Virus record (IMG/VR): IMGVR_UViG_3300002301_000037 | Span: 1-38,712 of that record | Reading direction: 5' to 3' (one strand) | Length of the DNA: 38,712 bases | Origin: a virus | Taxonomy: Duplodnaviria > Caudoviricetes | Part shown: positions 1 to 9,184 of the stretch, one piece after another | How the letters are laid out: every line of letters begins with the position of its first letter | Numbering within the stretch: the stretch's first letter is position 1 | The notes under the pieces: generated by a model | The model's input: the letters and a program-made list of their open reading frames with translations, nothing else | Told to the model about the DNA's origin: nothing | Databases searched by the model: none | Made by a program: the position numbers and the translations under genes

Positions 1-3000
1 CTGCTCCGGGGTCCGCGCGGCCAGTGCATCCGCTTTAGCCTTCTCTGCCGTCTTTGCTTTGACGTCCGCAACGATATCCTGCAGCGTCTGTACACCTTCA
101 GGCTTGACCGTGGGCGCCGGATTACTGACTGGGGTATGTTGCGCTTTAAGAGCCGCCGCGTCTTTGTACTCGTCGTCAGTAAGCGTCTCGCCTCGGAGTA
201 TCTTGCCGAATGCTTCCGGATGCTTCTCGTTCAGATCATTAACGAAGTCGGTCGCACCCTTGCGTCCCATCGTTTTTGCGAGGCTATCCACGAATGTGTC
301 AGCAGGCTTCTGCGCAATGCCGGCCGATCGGTTATTCAGGTCGGACTTGGCGTTCGTCCACATGGTTTGAATGTGTTCCAGTGTCGCGCCTGGAAACTGC
401 TTCAGCATCTCCGCGCCGAAGTCTTTGATGTTACGTAAGCCGCCTTCAATCAGATAAGCGCCATACTCACCTATCTCCGACTTGTTCTCAGAAATGAACT
501 TGGTAAGCGCGCCCGCTTTAGATGCCAGACTACCTTCCGCGCCGGACAGCGGGTTAATATCCGCCATACCCGTAGTCTTGCCGCCGGTGCTGCCCTTAGT
601 GGTCGATCGTGCGAGCGCGTCTTGCCAACTAGCCGCTAACTTTGCCCCTAGCTCATCGCCGCGAGATTTGGCAACCAGTTTGTTGGAAGCGCCGAATTTC
701 TCCGATGTCGGGTCGAGTATTCGATTCGTCGCCGTCCTAACGCTCTTGGTACCTTGCGCTTTCAGTGCGGCATTCTCGGCGTTTACTCGATCGATCTCGG
801 CTTTGTACTGGAGACGTTCCTGATCGACCGCATCCAGCTTAGCTTGCAGCGTTGATGTCTTATCCGCGATGTCCTGTGCAAGCGCCTTCTGAGCATCAGA
901 TAGCGGGTTGCCGTGGTTACGCGCGGTCAGCATACCCTGCACGCTCTCGACGTTGCCGGTGTTTTGGTTCACGAAGAGTTGCCGGATTGAAATACCCCGA
1001 GCTGCTGCCGTGCCGCCTTTCTGCCGTGCGTCGTCGAGGTGTTGCAGCCTGTCATTCGTTTGTGCAAGTTGGCTCCGCAGCGCATCTGCAAGATTTGTGT
1101 CGCCGCTCTTAACCGCTTCCGCGATTTGAGACTCCTGCCTCGTGGCAAGTTGGCGTTCCTGGGTAGCGCGAAAGATAATTGCAGAAGTCTCGTCGTCGTT
1201 TAGCGCCTTGCCGTTCTTGAGTACATCGTTTGACAGACCTTCGGCATATGCGCGGCCGCCGTCTTGTTGCGCGAGTAACTTCTCTCGCACTCGGTTGTAT
1301 GTGTCCTCGTGACCTTTACTTACTTCCTGTTCCAGAGGCGTAAGGTTGTCCTCGGCACGCGTCAAGTTCGCCGCCGCGTTCCTGCCGCCCGTCACCCCTT
1401 CAGGCACATCGTACGTCGTCTTGCCGCTATGGCTCTCGATGATGCGGGAACCGGTCGAATTCGGCGTCGGCTCAGCAGTTACCGGCGTCTGTGTCGCTTG
1501 CGTTGGAGTTTCGGCGGTTTCGGTGCGCGTCCCTTCGCCTGACACACTACCAGGTTGCTGTTCCGATACTGGTACACTCGTCGCAGTTGCTTCAGTCGGT
1601 TTTGTGACACTCGTTTGCTCCGTTGTGGTAGATTGCTCACCTTTCGCCGCCGGTGCGCTCTCCGTGTCTGCGAGCGGCTTCAGTTCCTCCGGGAATAGCG
1701 GTTGCACGAAGTGCGTATAGTGCTCACGGGAGGCTTGCCAGAGGTCGTTGAGGTATGGCGTTATTTTGATGCCGAATGTGTCTATCATCTCCTTAGACCA
1801 GTCGGCAACATCCAGCGCGCCGCGAGCTATCTTGACAGCGCCAACGACGGCCGCGTGATACCAAGCGGCAGGATCGGCAAAGCTGTTGAGTTGACCGGTA
1901 CTCTTTACACCAGCTTCGTAATGCGTTTTTTCGAGAGCGTCGAGTTTGGCGCGGATTGCATCTGTGGTTTTAGGTTCGGTACTGGCAGACTGGGCTACGT
2001 CCGTGGGTGGCCCGTTATACGCAGGATCTACTTGGTTTGAGGTATTGGTTGGCGCGGTTTCGTTGCCTCCGAAGAGGTCCCCGCTAATTCCGCCTTGTGT
2101 CTCTTGTACATCTGGGCGTACGCCGCTGTTTTGATTAGGTTCTGTCGGCTGAGTTCCGGCGTCAGATTTGCCTTCACCGAGGGTATCGCGTATGATTCCT
2201 CCGGACTCGAGTTTGTTGGTAAGTTTCCCGACGACTTCATTTCTGTTCTCTCCCGCGGATATACGATGAACCGCGTCCGTCACAGCGCGGCCCAATGGAC
2301 TAGAACTATGCGCGTTCTTGTCGATGATCTCACCGACCTGAGCCGCCATAGTCGCTTTATCGATCTGTTCCGGCGTCGTTCCGAAGAACGATTGCGCCGT
2401 GTCCTTGCTCATCCCCTTACCGGTCTTGATGAGCTTACCGAAGTGATCCTTAATCGCGGATACAACATCAGCACGGGTATTCATGTCGCCCAAATCGAAA
2501 TCTAATCCGCCCTGCGCTTGTGCCGCCTTAACCGCGGCAATCGCCTTTGCCTTCTCTTCGATCTGGTCGGCAGTTACCTTCTGCCCTTGCTGCATCCTCT
2601 GGTACGCGTCGTTGAACTGTTCCGTTTGCTCCTCTGGCGTATGGAAGTTGTCAGCGATAGCCGCCGCAACATTCTTGAGTTGTGGCATAACATCAGACTT
2701 CGAGTAGACCTCATTAAATACATCCTGCGGCAACTTTGTTAACGATACCGATTGACGCATTAACGCACCGCTGGAGTTGACGCCGTTATCACGCAAGAAC
2801 TGAGCCGCGTCACCTTGTCGCATAGGTGCGTTACGCAGGAAATGCGCTACGTCGAGGCTGTCGTTACGCGGACTATCCATCAGGTTTTCGACCGCGCCCA
2901 TGTGCTTCGCGTCTGCCGCGGTAGGAGCGTCAATGTATCGCACTCGCATCATTGGTACATCGAACTTCTCTGCGTTGACAAACCGATGATGCCCGTTCAC

Positions 3001-4842
3001 GACGTACGTTTGACCAGGTTGACCAATCTCGCCTTGCTTGTCTACCCATACGCTAATCGGGTTCTTAGCTGCCTGTTCGACGTTCCACGACGGGAAATCC
3101 GAAGACGTTCCGCGGCGGAACTGGAAATGCTGATCTGCGCGTTGGATGTCACCACGTGGCACATCCGCAACCGGCGCAGTGGCTTTAGACAACTGATCTA
3201 CGTACGCCTGCTCTTTCGGTGTCAGTGGCTTCGGTGTATTCGTCGGGGTCGGCGCAATCTCCTGCGCTGTTGGCGTTTCTGGAGTACCAGGCGGCAACGC
3301 TTTCTGCCGCGGAGTAGGGGCTACCGGATCCGGTTGGTTCCCGATGTGTTGTGCAATCTGCGCTGATTGATCGTGCATCGAATCCAGAACTTGCGCAGCC
3401 GTCGCCTTATTCACCATCGACTTAACGCCGTCAACGTCCAGCGCAATGTTCGTGCTACCTGGCGCGTTGTTCAATACCTTAATTGTCTGCCCTGAGTTGG
3501 TACGAAACACGCTGCCTTTTGGCAACATCTCAAGCGGATGATCCGGCGGCAACGGCTTAAACGCGGTGTCGGTTGCATTAGGAGGATTCGGCGCGTTGTA
3601 GGTCGTTGCGTCCGGCGCTGACTCCGGTGCTACCTTAGCAGGTCGCAATGCATCCGTCGCCGTCTGTAGACCGTTCTGATACTTCCCGAGACCTGAGTTC
3701 TTAGCCGACGCATCGACGCCCTTATTAACAGCACGATTCGCAAGAGCATCCTTAACGGCAGGTATATTCAACGCGGCATGAAGAATTGGCAGTGCAGCCA
3801 TACCGCCGGCTACCGCTATATTGCCGTAGTACTTCACTGGGTCCGACTTCTGCAAGTCAGTATCTTGGGCCGCATCGTACGCGCCTTTGCCCATGAGTCC
3901 GGAGAATGCCGCCGCAGTCAACTTTTGGATAATCGGGTGAGCAATAGGAAGTGTCGCAATAATTCCCATGTTCATAGGATCGGCGAGCCCCCTGAGAAGT
4001 TCCGCGCCGGTTCCTTGCCATCCTGGAGTTGCTTTGATTGCCTCATTTGCCACATCCGCACCGGCAACGGCATTAATCGGCGACGTGAGCAGGTTCACAT
4101 CTCCGCTCTGCCCATGCGCGGTTGCGTGTGCAGCTACCCTATTGCTCAGTTGCTCGAAGGTCTGTTGGGCTGCCGTGTCACCAGGGTTCGAATACGCTTT
4201 GTTACCTGCTTCGTTCGCGGCTACGATGTCCTGGTTGTGGTAGCGCTGCGCAATCTCCGGTATCGCGCCCGTACCCTTCTGTTTAATTTCGGCCATAATC
4301 TTAGCCGATTCTTCCGGGCTGCGGTTTGCGAATGTCGGTTCCATGTTGGATAGCATATCCTGGTAGGACATTACCTGCTGTTTCGGCTTTACTGCACTTG
4401 CAGTTTCCTGTTGGGCCGAGATGTTATCAGCCGGTGACACGGGCGACGTTATGACAGGGTTCTTGAGTTGTAAGGACGGCGGACCTTTGACCGGTGCCTT
4501 CGGGATAGACGCTCCTACGTCAAACTTCGGCTGTTGTCGAGGCTTGATCGGTTGAGGGTTATTCAACGGCTGAGGGAAGTTGCCGGGAGTCAACTGAACA
4601 CTCGACGCGGGCGATACAGTACCACTCATCTGAGAGGCTACGTCGAAGAGTGGCGCGTGTGTCGCGGAAGTGGCAGGTTGGGCCAGTGGGGCGTTGGGCG
4701 TCATCAGTCCGCCCTGAGTAGGATCTGAGACCATGCCGCGTAGCCGCATCTGATGGCCGATCTGCTGCATATCAGGATCGGCAGTGAACATGCCACGCTT
4801 AACCGCTTCGTTGTACAGACCTTGCAGTTCAATGTCGGACAT
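1..4842 (-). CDS. Giant virion-ejected/polyvalent protein, N-terminal 1614 aa (truncated at window edge), with a ParB/Srx-like domain
   Basis: ATG at 4842 immediately follows the TAG of the upstream gene. The frame reads MSDIELQGLYNEAVKRGM...VKAKTAEKAKADALAARTPEQ with no stop down to base 1, which is why the ORF track omits it. ParB-like segment NPISVWVDKQGEIGQPGQTYVVNGHHRFVNAEKFDVPMMRVRYIDAPTAADAKHMGAVENL lies at about 2870-3065. It follows two ejection-like genes. Confidence 0.88.
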   Translation of the reverse strand, partial: MSDIELQGLYNEAVKRGMFTADPDMQQIGHQMRLRGMVSDPTQGGLMTPNAPLAQPATSATHAPLFDVASQMSGTVSPASSVQLTPGNFPQPLNNPQPIKPRQQPKFDVGASIPKAPVKGPPSLQLKNPVITSPVSPADNISAQQETASAVKPKQQVMSYQDMLSNMEPTFANRSPEESAKIMAEIKQKGTGAIPEIAQRYHNQDIVAANEAGNKAYSNPGDTAAQQTFEQLSNRVAAHATAHGQSGDVNLLTSPINAVAGADVANEAIKATPGWQGTGAELLRGLADPMNMGIIATLPIAHPIIQKLTAAAFSGLMGKGAYDAAQDTDLQKSDPVKYYGNIAVAGGMAALPILHAALNIPAVKDALANRAVNKGVDASAKNSGLGKYQNGLQTATDALRPAKVAPESAPDATTYNAPNPPNATDTAFKPLPPDHPLEMLPKGSVFRTNSGQTIKVLNNAPGSTNIALDVDGVKSMVNKATAAQVLDSMHDQSAQIAQHIGNQPDPVAPTPRQKALPPGTPETPTAQEIAPTPTNTPKPLTPKEQAYVDQLSKATAPVADVPRGDIQRADQHFQFRRGTSSDFPSWNVEQAAKNPISVWVDKQGEIGQPGQTYVVNGHHRFVNAEKFDVPMMRVRYIDAPTAADAKHMGAVENLMDSPRNDSLDVAHFLRNAPMRQGDAAQFLRDNGVNSSGALMRQSVSLTKLPQDVFNEVYSKSDVMPQLKNVAAAIADNFHTPEEQTEQFNDAYQRMQQGQKVTADQIEEKAKAIAAVKAAQAQGGLDFDLGDMNTRADVVSAIKDHFGKLIKTGKGMSKDTAQSFFGTTPEQIDKATMAAQVGEIIDKNAHSSSPLGRAVTDAVHRISAGENRNEVVGKLTNKLESGGIIRDTLGEGKSDAGTQPTEPNQNSGVRPDVQETQGGISGDLFGGNETAPTNTSNQVDPAYNGPPTDVAQSASTEPKTTDAIRAKLDALEKTHYEAGVKSTGQLNSFADPAAWYHAAVVGAVKIARGALDVADWSKEMIDTFGIKITPYLNDLWQASREHYTHFVQPLFPEELKPLADTESAPAAKGEQSTTTEQTSVTKPTEATATSVPVSEQQPGSVSGEGTRTETAETPTQATQTPVTAEPTPNSTGSRIIESHSGKTTYDVPEGVTGGRNAAANLTRAEDNLTPLEQEVSKGHEDTYNRVREKLLAQQDGGRAYAEGLSNDVLKNGKALNDDETSAIIFRATQERQLATRQESQIAEAVKSGDTNLADALRSQLAQTNDRLQHLDDARQKGGTAAARGISIRQLFVNQNTGNVESVQGMLTARNHGNPLSDAQKALAQDIADKTSTLQAKLDAVDQERLQYKAEIDRVNAENAALKAQGTKSVRTATNRILDPTSEKFGASNKLVAKSRGDELGAKLAASWQDALARSTTKGSTGGKTTGMADINPLSGAEGSLASKAGALTKFISENKSEIGEYGAYLIEGGLRNIKDFGAEMLKQFPGATLEHIQTMWTNAKSDLNNRSAGIAQKPADTFVDSLAKTMGRKGATDFVNDLNEKHPEAFGKILRGETLTDDEYKDAAALKAQHTPVSNPAPTVKPEGVQTLQDIVADVKAKTAEKAKADALAARTPEQ

Positions 4843-6660
4843 CTATTTGCCTAACAGCTTGTTAGCCAACGCCTTCTTGAGATCAGCGTCGCTCATATCT
4901 CCGTAGTTCTTCGGCCGAGTTGTTATCCCATTGCGCGTCTGCCCCGGGCCTGGAGGCACAAATGCTCCGGGCGGCTTAGGCATCGGCCTATTCAACTGGC
5001 TATTTGCCGCACCCTGAACCGCCTTAGTCGCACGGGAATCAATCGCGCCTGTCGGGGATTGTATCTGCGTGCCGGCAGTCTTGACACCTAGCGCCGCAAT
5101 AGCCTTAGCGTGGTCACTAATGGCGTTGCTCTGAGATTCAAGGGATTTTCTGCTTGCCTGAAGTTGCGGCAGCAATGCCTGATTGTACTGTAGATTCTGG
5201 TTGAACTTACGTGCCGCCGCATCGTGGATCGGATCGCCCGTCGCCTCGTCCAGCGGCTTTACCCCGCTGGTAGCCGCCGTCAACGTTGCTATCTGGTGAT
5301 CGACCTTCAACGCACTCTGCCGGATCTGATTTTGATACTGAAGCGCCTGCCCGAACTCCTTCTTGGTCAGTTCGGTCTGTAGTGTCCTCGCTTGCCCTTC
5401 CGGCATGTGCAGGATATTGTCAATCTTGACCTTTTCCGCAAGTTCCGCTGTTTTGAACGTCTTGTCGAATGCGAAACGCTCCTGGGCCAGTGATGTAGCA
5501 GCATCTCGGGCCGACATGGTTGATTTCATGTTATCAAGCCGCGCTTGGTCAAGCATTCCGGTAAACTGTGCGGCGGTCTGCAATACGTTGACACGAAGCC
5601 CCTTGATTGTGTTATCAAGAGTTTGACCTTGCAATTTGCCGTCCTGCAATTGATCCGCCAATACATCCAAATGTTTTGATCGCGTCGTGAGCTGGTCGAG
5701 ATGCTGAGTGCGGGCCGCGTCCTCGGCTAACTTCGCGGCGACGCCAGGCAACACCCCATTTGCAGCAGATGCCATAGGGTTGCCCTGAGCGTCTGTCGGC
5801 TGTCCCGCTTGAGGTTGCTGGGCGTTCTGCCCCATTTGCGGCGGTTGCATAATAGGCGCGGGCGCTTGCATGTTGCTGATCTGAGATTGCATGCCGGCAA
5901 CGCTACTGTCTTGCGGAGCGCTAACAGGGGAAGGATTGGAGGCTCCATTCCCCAGCGCCGACACACTCGCAGGGACGGGCTGCGCAGTCGTCTGCTGGCC
6001 CCCCATTATAGGAGGAGCCATAAAGTTATCAGGTGTCACGGGTGACGCAGGTTGCGGGCCAATAGGCGCGGGAGGCGGCATCGCGGTTTGTTGCCCCGAG
6101 TTATCAGGTGCCGCGGGAACTGCAATTGGACCGACGCCCATCGTACTGCCGAGAGTCGGGCCTGATTGCGGACCATTACCCTGAGAAGTAGATCCGCCAT
6201 TGCCGGCATTCTGATCCGGCTTGAACTGATCCGGTTCCATTCCGAATGGTACGTTATGGCCTGCCATTCGAAGATTGTAGTTGGCAAGCGCCTTAGCGTT
6301 CGCCTCGTCCAACGGTACACCCTTCAGTGCGAATATATCGGCCTCTTTGCGAACACCTTCCATATCTTTCTGATTAAGGTTTGCGGATTGCCGCTGAAAC
6401 GCCGCCTTGATTCCGGTCTGCTGACGCGTGTTCTTGTCGGCCTCGTTGGTCGCCATCTGGTCAAGCATGCCTTTTTGATGTGCTTCCGTTGCTTGCTGCG
6501 CGAGGTCCTTAATATGAATGCCCTGCGCGGCCAATGCCTGCTTGCCTTGCTCTATCTGCTGATTGGCATGGTCAAGGAGTGCCTGACGTTGCGCGTTCTG
6601 CGCTTCGTTATAAGCACTGAGGAACTGCCCGCCGAAATCCCAATTTCCTACGTCGCTCAT
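4843..6660 (-). CDS. Putative DNA-ejection (internal virion) protein, about 605 aa
   Basis: Probable start is ATG 6660 (MSDVGNWDFGGQFLSAYNEAQNAQRQ), just after the upstream stop. Gln/Ala-rich helical segments and a Pro/Gln-rich linker; synteny matches P22 gp20-like ejection proteins. Confidence 0.7.
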   Translation of the reverse strand: MSDVGNWDFGGQFLSAYNEAQNAQRQALLDHANQQIEQGKQALAAQGIHIKDLAQQATEAHQKGMLDQMATNEADKNTRQQTGIKAAFQRQSANLNQKDMEGVRKEADIFALKGVPLDEANAKALANYNLRMAGHNVPFGMEPDQFKPDQNAGNGGSTSQGNGPQSGPTLGSTMGVGPIAVPAAPDNSGQQTAMPPPAPIGPQPASPVTPDNFMAPPIMGGQQTTAQPVPASVSALGNGASNPSPVSAPQDSSVAGMQSQISNMQAPAPIMQPPQMGQNAQQPQAGQPTDAQGNPMASAANGVLPGVAAKLAEDAARTQHLDQLTTRSKHLDVLADQLQDGKLQGQTLDNTIKGLRVNVLQTAAQFTGMLDQARLDNMKSTMSARDAATSLAQERFAFDKTFKTAELAEKVKIDNILHMPEGQARTLQTELTKKEFGQALQYQNQIRQSALKVDHQIATLTAATSGVKPLDEATGDPIHDAAARKFNQNLQYNQALLPQLQASRKSLESQSNAISDHAKAIAALGVKTAGTQIQSPTGAIDSRATKAVQGAANSQLNRPMPKPPGAFVPPGPGQTRNGITTRPKNYGDMSDADLKKALANKLLGK

Positions 6661-6662
6661 AG

Positions 6663-7502
6663 TTATGCCACGTCCCCGTATGATGTATCCGTCGCAGGGT
6701 CCGCGCCTGCCCACGGGTTCTGATTGGCATAGAATAATGCAGCCGGGATCGTCAAATTGTTATCAGATGCCGCAGTATCGCCGCCGCCGCTAAACGCACC
6801 GCCTAACGCCGCACCGCCCAACTTAAACACGCCGCCGAGTATGCCACTCGTAATCCCGTCCTGCATCTGCTGCTGCTGCAAGCTGGTCTGTTGCGCCTGG
6901 TTACCGGCCTGCTGAGTTTGCCCCGCAATGTTGCCGACGCCCGATGCCGCACCTTCCTGCATACCATACCCGGCCAGTTGGTTCTGAGTGCCTTGTTGTG
7001 CCTGAGTTGCGCCGAAGTTAAGCAGGTTCTGAGTATTGGCTAATGTACCCTGTCGCGCCTGCTCCATGAAGTTCGCGCTATGGTCATTTGCCATCTGGTT
7101 GTAGCCCTGGTTAATCAGTTCCTGCGCTGCCGCCGTATGGTTCGGGTCGGTAATACCCTGCTGAGCTGCGTGAGCCGTCGAGGCACTAAGCGCGTTCTGC
7201 CGCTGACGGTTAATCAAATCCATCTGAGTATTGAGTTGCGTCTGTTGGGCCGAATTGAGCTGGTAAGGATTGGTAGTCTGAGGCGAATTCGTGTTGATCC
7301 CGGCCGCCGTCTCGTACTGTGGGAGGAGTTGGTTTTCAAGCCCGGAGAACTGCTGTTGTTGCTGCTGCCCGGTGTTAATGATCCCATTGGCGGCAGACGA
7401 CAGATTGTTGTACATCCCCTGCGCATCGTTACGCTGTTGGGATGCCTGCGCGTTATCCTGCTGAGCAACTTGACCGGCCTCAGTACCTGCGCCAAAACTC
7501 AT
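6663..7502 (-). CDS. Putative DNA-ejection/pilot protein, 279 aa
   Basis: Gln/Ala/Gly/Asn-rich with a C-terminal Gly-rich hydrophobic stretch (GITSGILGGVFKLGGAALGG), as in podovirus pilot proteins; first of three ejection-like genes. Confidence 0.7.
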   Translation of the reverse strand: MSFGAGTEAGQVAQQDNAQASQQRNDAQGMYNNLSSAANGIINTGQQQQQQFSGLENQLLPQYETAAGINTNSPQTTNPYQLNSAQQTQLNTQMDLINRQRQNALSASTAHAAQQGITDPNHTAAAQELINQGYNQMANDHSANFMEQARQGTLANTQNLLNFGATQAQQGTQNQLAGYGMQEGAASGVGNIAGQTQQAGNQAQQTSLQQQQMQDGITSGILGGVFKLGGAALGGAFSGGGDTAASDNNLTIPAALFYANQNPWAGADPATDTSYGDVA

Positions 7503-7503
7503 C

Positions 7504-8028
7504 TTACACCTTCCTCATCACGCACTCGATCGGCAATCCCGACTCAATCGCCCGCTGCTGAAAGTGGACCGGCACAATATCCCATACGTCTATGCCGACA
7601 GATTCGCAGATGTGCCCGTAATCAGCACACGCGAGAATTTCGGAACAAGTTGTGCCGCAATCCGCAAACAACGGTAATCTTGGCCTCACGGATAATTGAG
7701 CATACCGAACCGCTTTTCGCGCGCTGTACGGCAGCCCAATATCACGATGCAACTTCGTCAGGTTCCACCGGTATTCCACCGCAAACAAATCAATCCGACC
7801 GCGCCAACACTCACGCATCCGCCAGTAAGGCCGCTTGCAAACACCGTTCGTATAGTCAGCGCACTCGATTACCTGCCATTCGTCCTCTTCGCAGAAGAGA
7901 GCCGCCACATGGGTCCATCGGTCCGGTTCTTGAATATATGACCGTGAGTATCGCCGCGCTTTAGCGAATACATCACGGTCATCCATTGGACTGCCGAGGA
8001 GATACTGTTTCGTCGGGTCAAGCACCAT
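7504..8028 (-). CDS. Permuted papain-like (NlpC/P60, YiiX/YaeF-type) hydrolase
   Basis: His motif WTHVAALF...VIECA precedes IGLPYS and the Cys motif TTCSEIL, the His-before-Cys order of permuted NlpC/P60 enzymes. Confidence 0.72.
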   Translation of the reverse strand: MVLDPTKQYLLGSPMDDRDVFAKARRYSRSYIQEPDRWTHVAALFCEEDEWQVIECADYTNGVCKRPYWRMRECWRGRIDLFAVEYRWNLTKLHRDIGLPYSARKAVRYAQLSVRPRLPLFADCGTTCSEILACADYGHICESVGIDVWDIVPVHFQQRAIESGLPIECVMRKV

Positions 8029-8037
8029 GCGATCTCG

Positions 8038-8304
8038 CTATTTCTTCTTGCCCTTCATCATCTTCTTAGCGCCCGCCCGATCTTCCGCCATGTCCTTGGC
8101 GGTGCCTTCGTATTTCTTCACGGACATGCCGGATTTCTTGGCCCCCGCCTTATCCTGTTTCATATCGACGGATGTCTTTTCGTACGCGTCGAGCGCACTC
8201 TTCATACCGCCCTTTTTCGTCTCCTGGTTGGGCTTCGGCATGGATGTGCCTTCATACTTCAACCGAACCGACTTGCCGCCCATCATGGTCTGTTTGCCTG
8301 CCAC
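8038..8304 (-). CDS. Small Lys/Met-rich basic protein with internal repeats
   Basis: GTG start with GGGG SD. Repeats KYEGTS, AYEKTSVDMKQDKAGAKK and KYEGTAKDMAEDRAGAKK; tightly packed in the operon. Confidence 0.7.
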   Translation of the reverse strand: MAGKQTMMGGKSVRLKYEGTSMPKPNQETKKGGMKSALDAYEKTSVDMKQDKAGAKKSGMSVKKYEGTAKDMAEDRAGAKKMMKGKKK

Positions 8305-8305
8305 A

Positions 8306-8518
8306 TTATCCCCCGTTCTCACCGTCTAAGTCATACCGAATATCGAACGTACGCCGATCCGTAGGGTCTACTTGGTTCCCGAAATCATCGGTCGTAAGCA
8401 GGCCTTCGTATGTCCAGTGGCCATCTATATCATCTTGGGCCTTGCGGCCAAACATCGTACGCCTTCCGGGCCTTGGGTTATTTCGATACGTCGGCCTTGT
8501 GCCCCTGGAGATCGGCAT
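8306..8518 (-). CDS. Small hypothetical virion-module protein, 70 aa
   Basis: GAGG SD before ATG; fills the gap between neighbouring genes on the coding strand. Confidence 0.7.
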   Translation of the reverse strand: MPISRGTRPTYRNNPRPGRRTMFGRKAQDDIDGHWTYEGLLTTDDFGNQVDPTDRRTFDIRYDLDGENGG

Positions 8519-8528
8519 ATCATACCTC

Positions 8529-9149
8529 TTATGAGTGGATCGTCATACCGGTGCCGGACGCTGCCGAGATCGACGTTCCGTTGAGACCGTTGTTCCACAT
8601 CACAGTTATCTGAGATTCCGTCGTACCACTATCGGATGGTGTGTTGGTAATCTGAATCGGTAATGTGTTGGTAGCCGTTACGCCGCCGACGACAGAAGCT
8701 ACCGCCAGTGAGAACGTGAGCGTGTGGCCTCCAGAGGAAGTGGCAATCTGCGCGCCCACTACGGAAGATAGCTGGCCAACCGCCGCCGCGCCAGGAACGC
8801 GCGTTACAGTTAGCAGATAGACGCCGACTCGTGTGCTATCGTAAGTATGGCTGGCACCAGTACACGCAGTGCGCACCAAGAGCAACGCCACGCCAGACAC
8901 CGCGATATTCGGCACATTCACGGTAGCGATTGTCGTCGCAGTCGTGTTAGAGATTCCAGCGACAGGCGGCAGAGCGCCCATAGCCCACCCGGAAGGTGAG
9001 CCAGGCTCTCCGGTAGATACCGTCGTCTCGATGATCGAGTACGCGCCTCCGTTGCCGAATATGGAGCCCGATACGAGGTTAGGGTCAACGGTAGCGGCAT
9101 TGATGCCACCATTCATCACGACCGGGCCATTAAAATGTGTCTTAGACAT
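8529..9149 (-). CDS. Putative capsid-associated decoration/fibre protein, 206 aa
   Basis: Directly after the major capsid gene; N-terminus MSKTHFNGPV resembles the MxxTxFxGPV start of post-capsid proteins in related podoviruses; Thr/Gly/Val-rich beta composition. Confidence 0.6.
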   Translation of the reverse strand: MSKTHFNGPVVMNGGINAATVDPNLVSGSIFGNGGAYSIIETTVSTGEPGSPSGWAMGALPPVAGISNTTATTIATVNVPNIAVSGVALLLVRTACTGASHTYDSTRVGVYLLTVTRVPGAAAVGQLSSVVGAQIATSSGGHTLTFSLAVASVVGGVTATNTLPIQITNTPSDSGTTESQITVMWNNGLNGTSISAASGTGMTIHS

Positions 9150-9184
9150 CTATTTACCTTTCGGGCTACAAGATAGCCAAAACA

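Noticed and set aside
59-4728. Many plus-strand ORFs in the track
   Set aside because: They are antisense shadows of the single uninterrupted minus-strand giant gene.
4840-4845. In-frame TAG directly followed by ATG, suggesting TAG recoding or a >2200-aa fusion
   Set aside because: The same stop-ATG abutment occurs at 33452/33451 and 35138/35137, and capsid, portal and terminase are full length in the standard code; this is tight packing.
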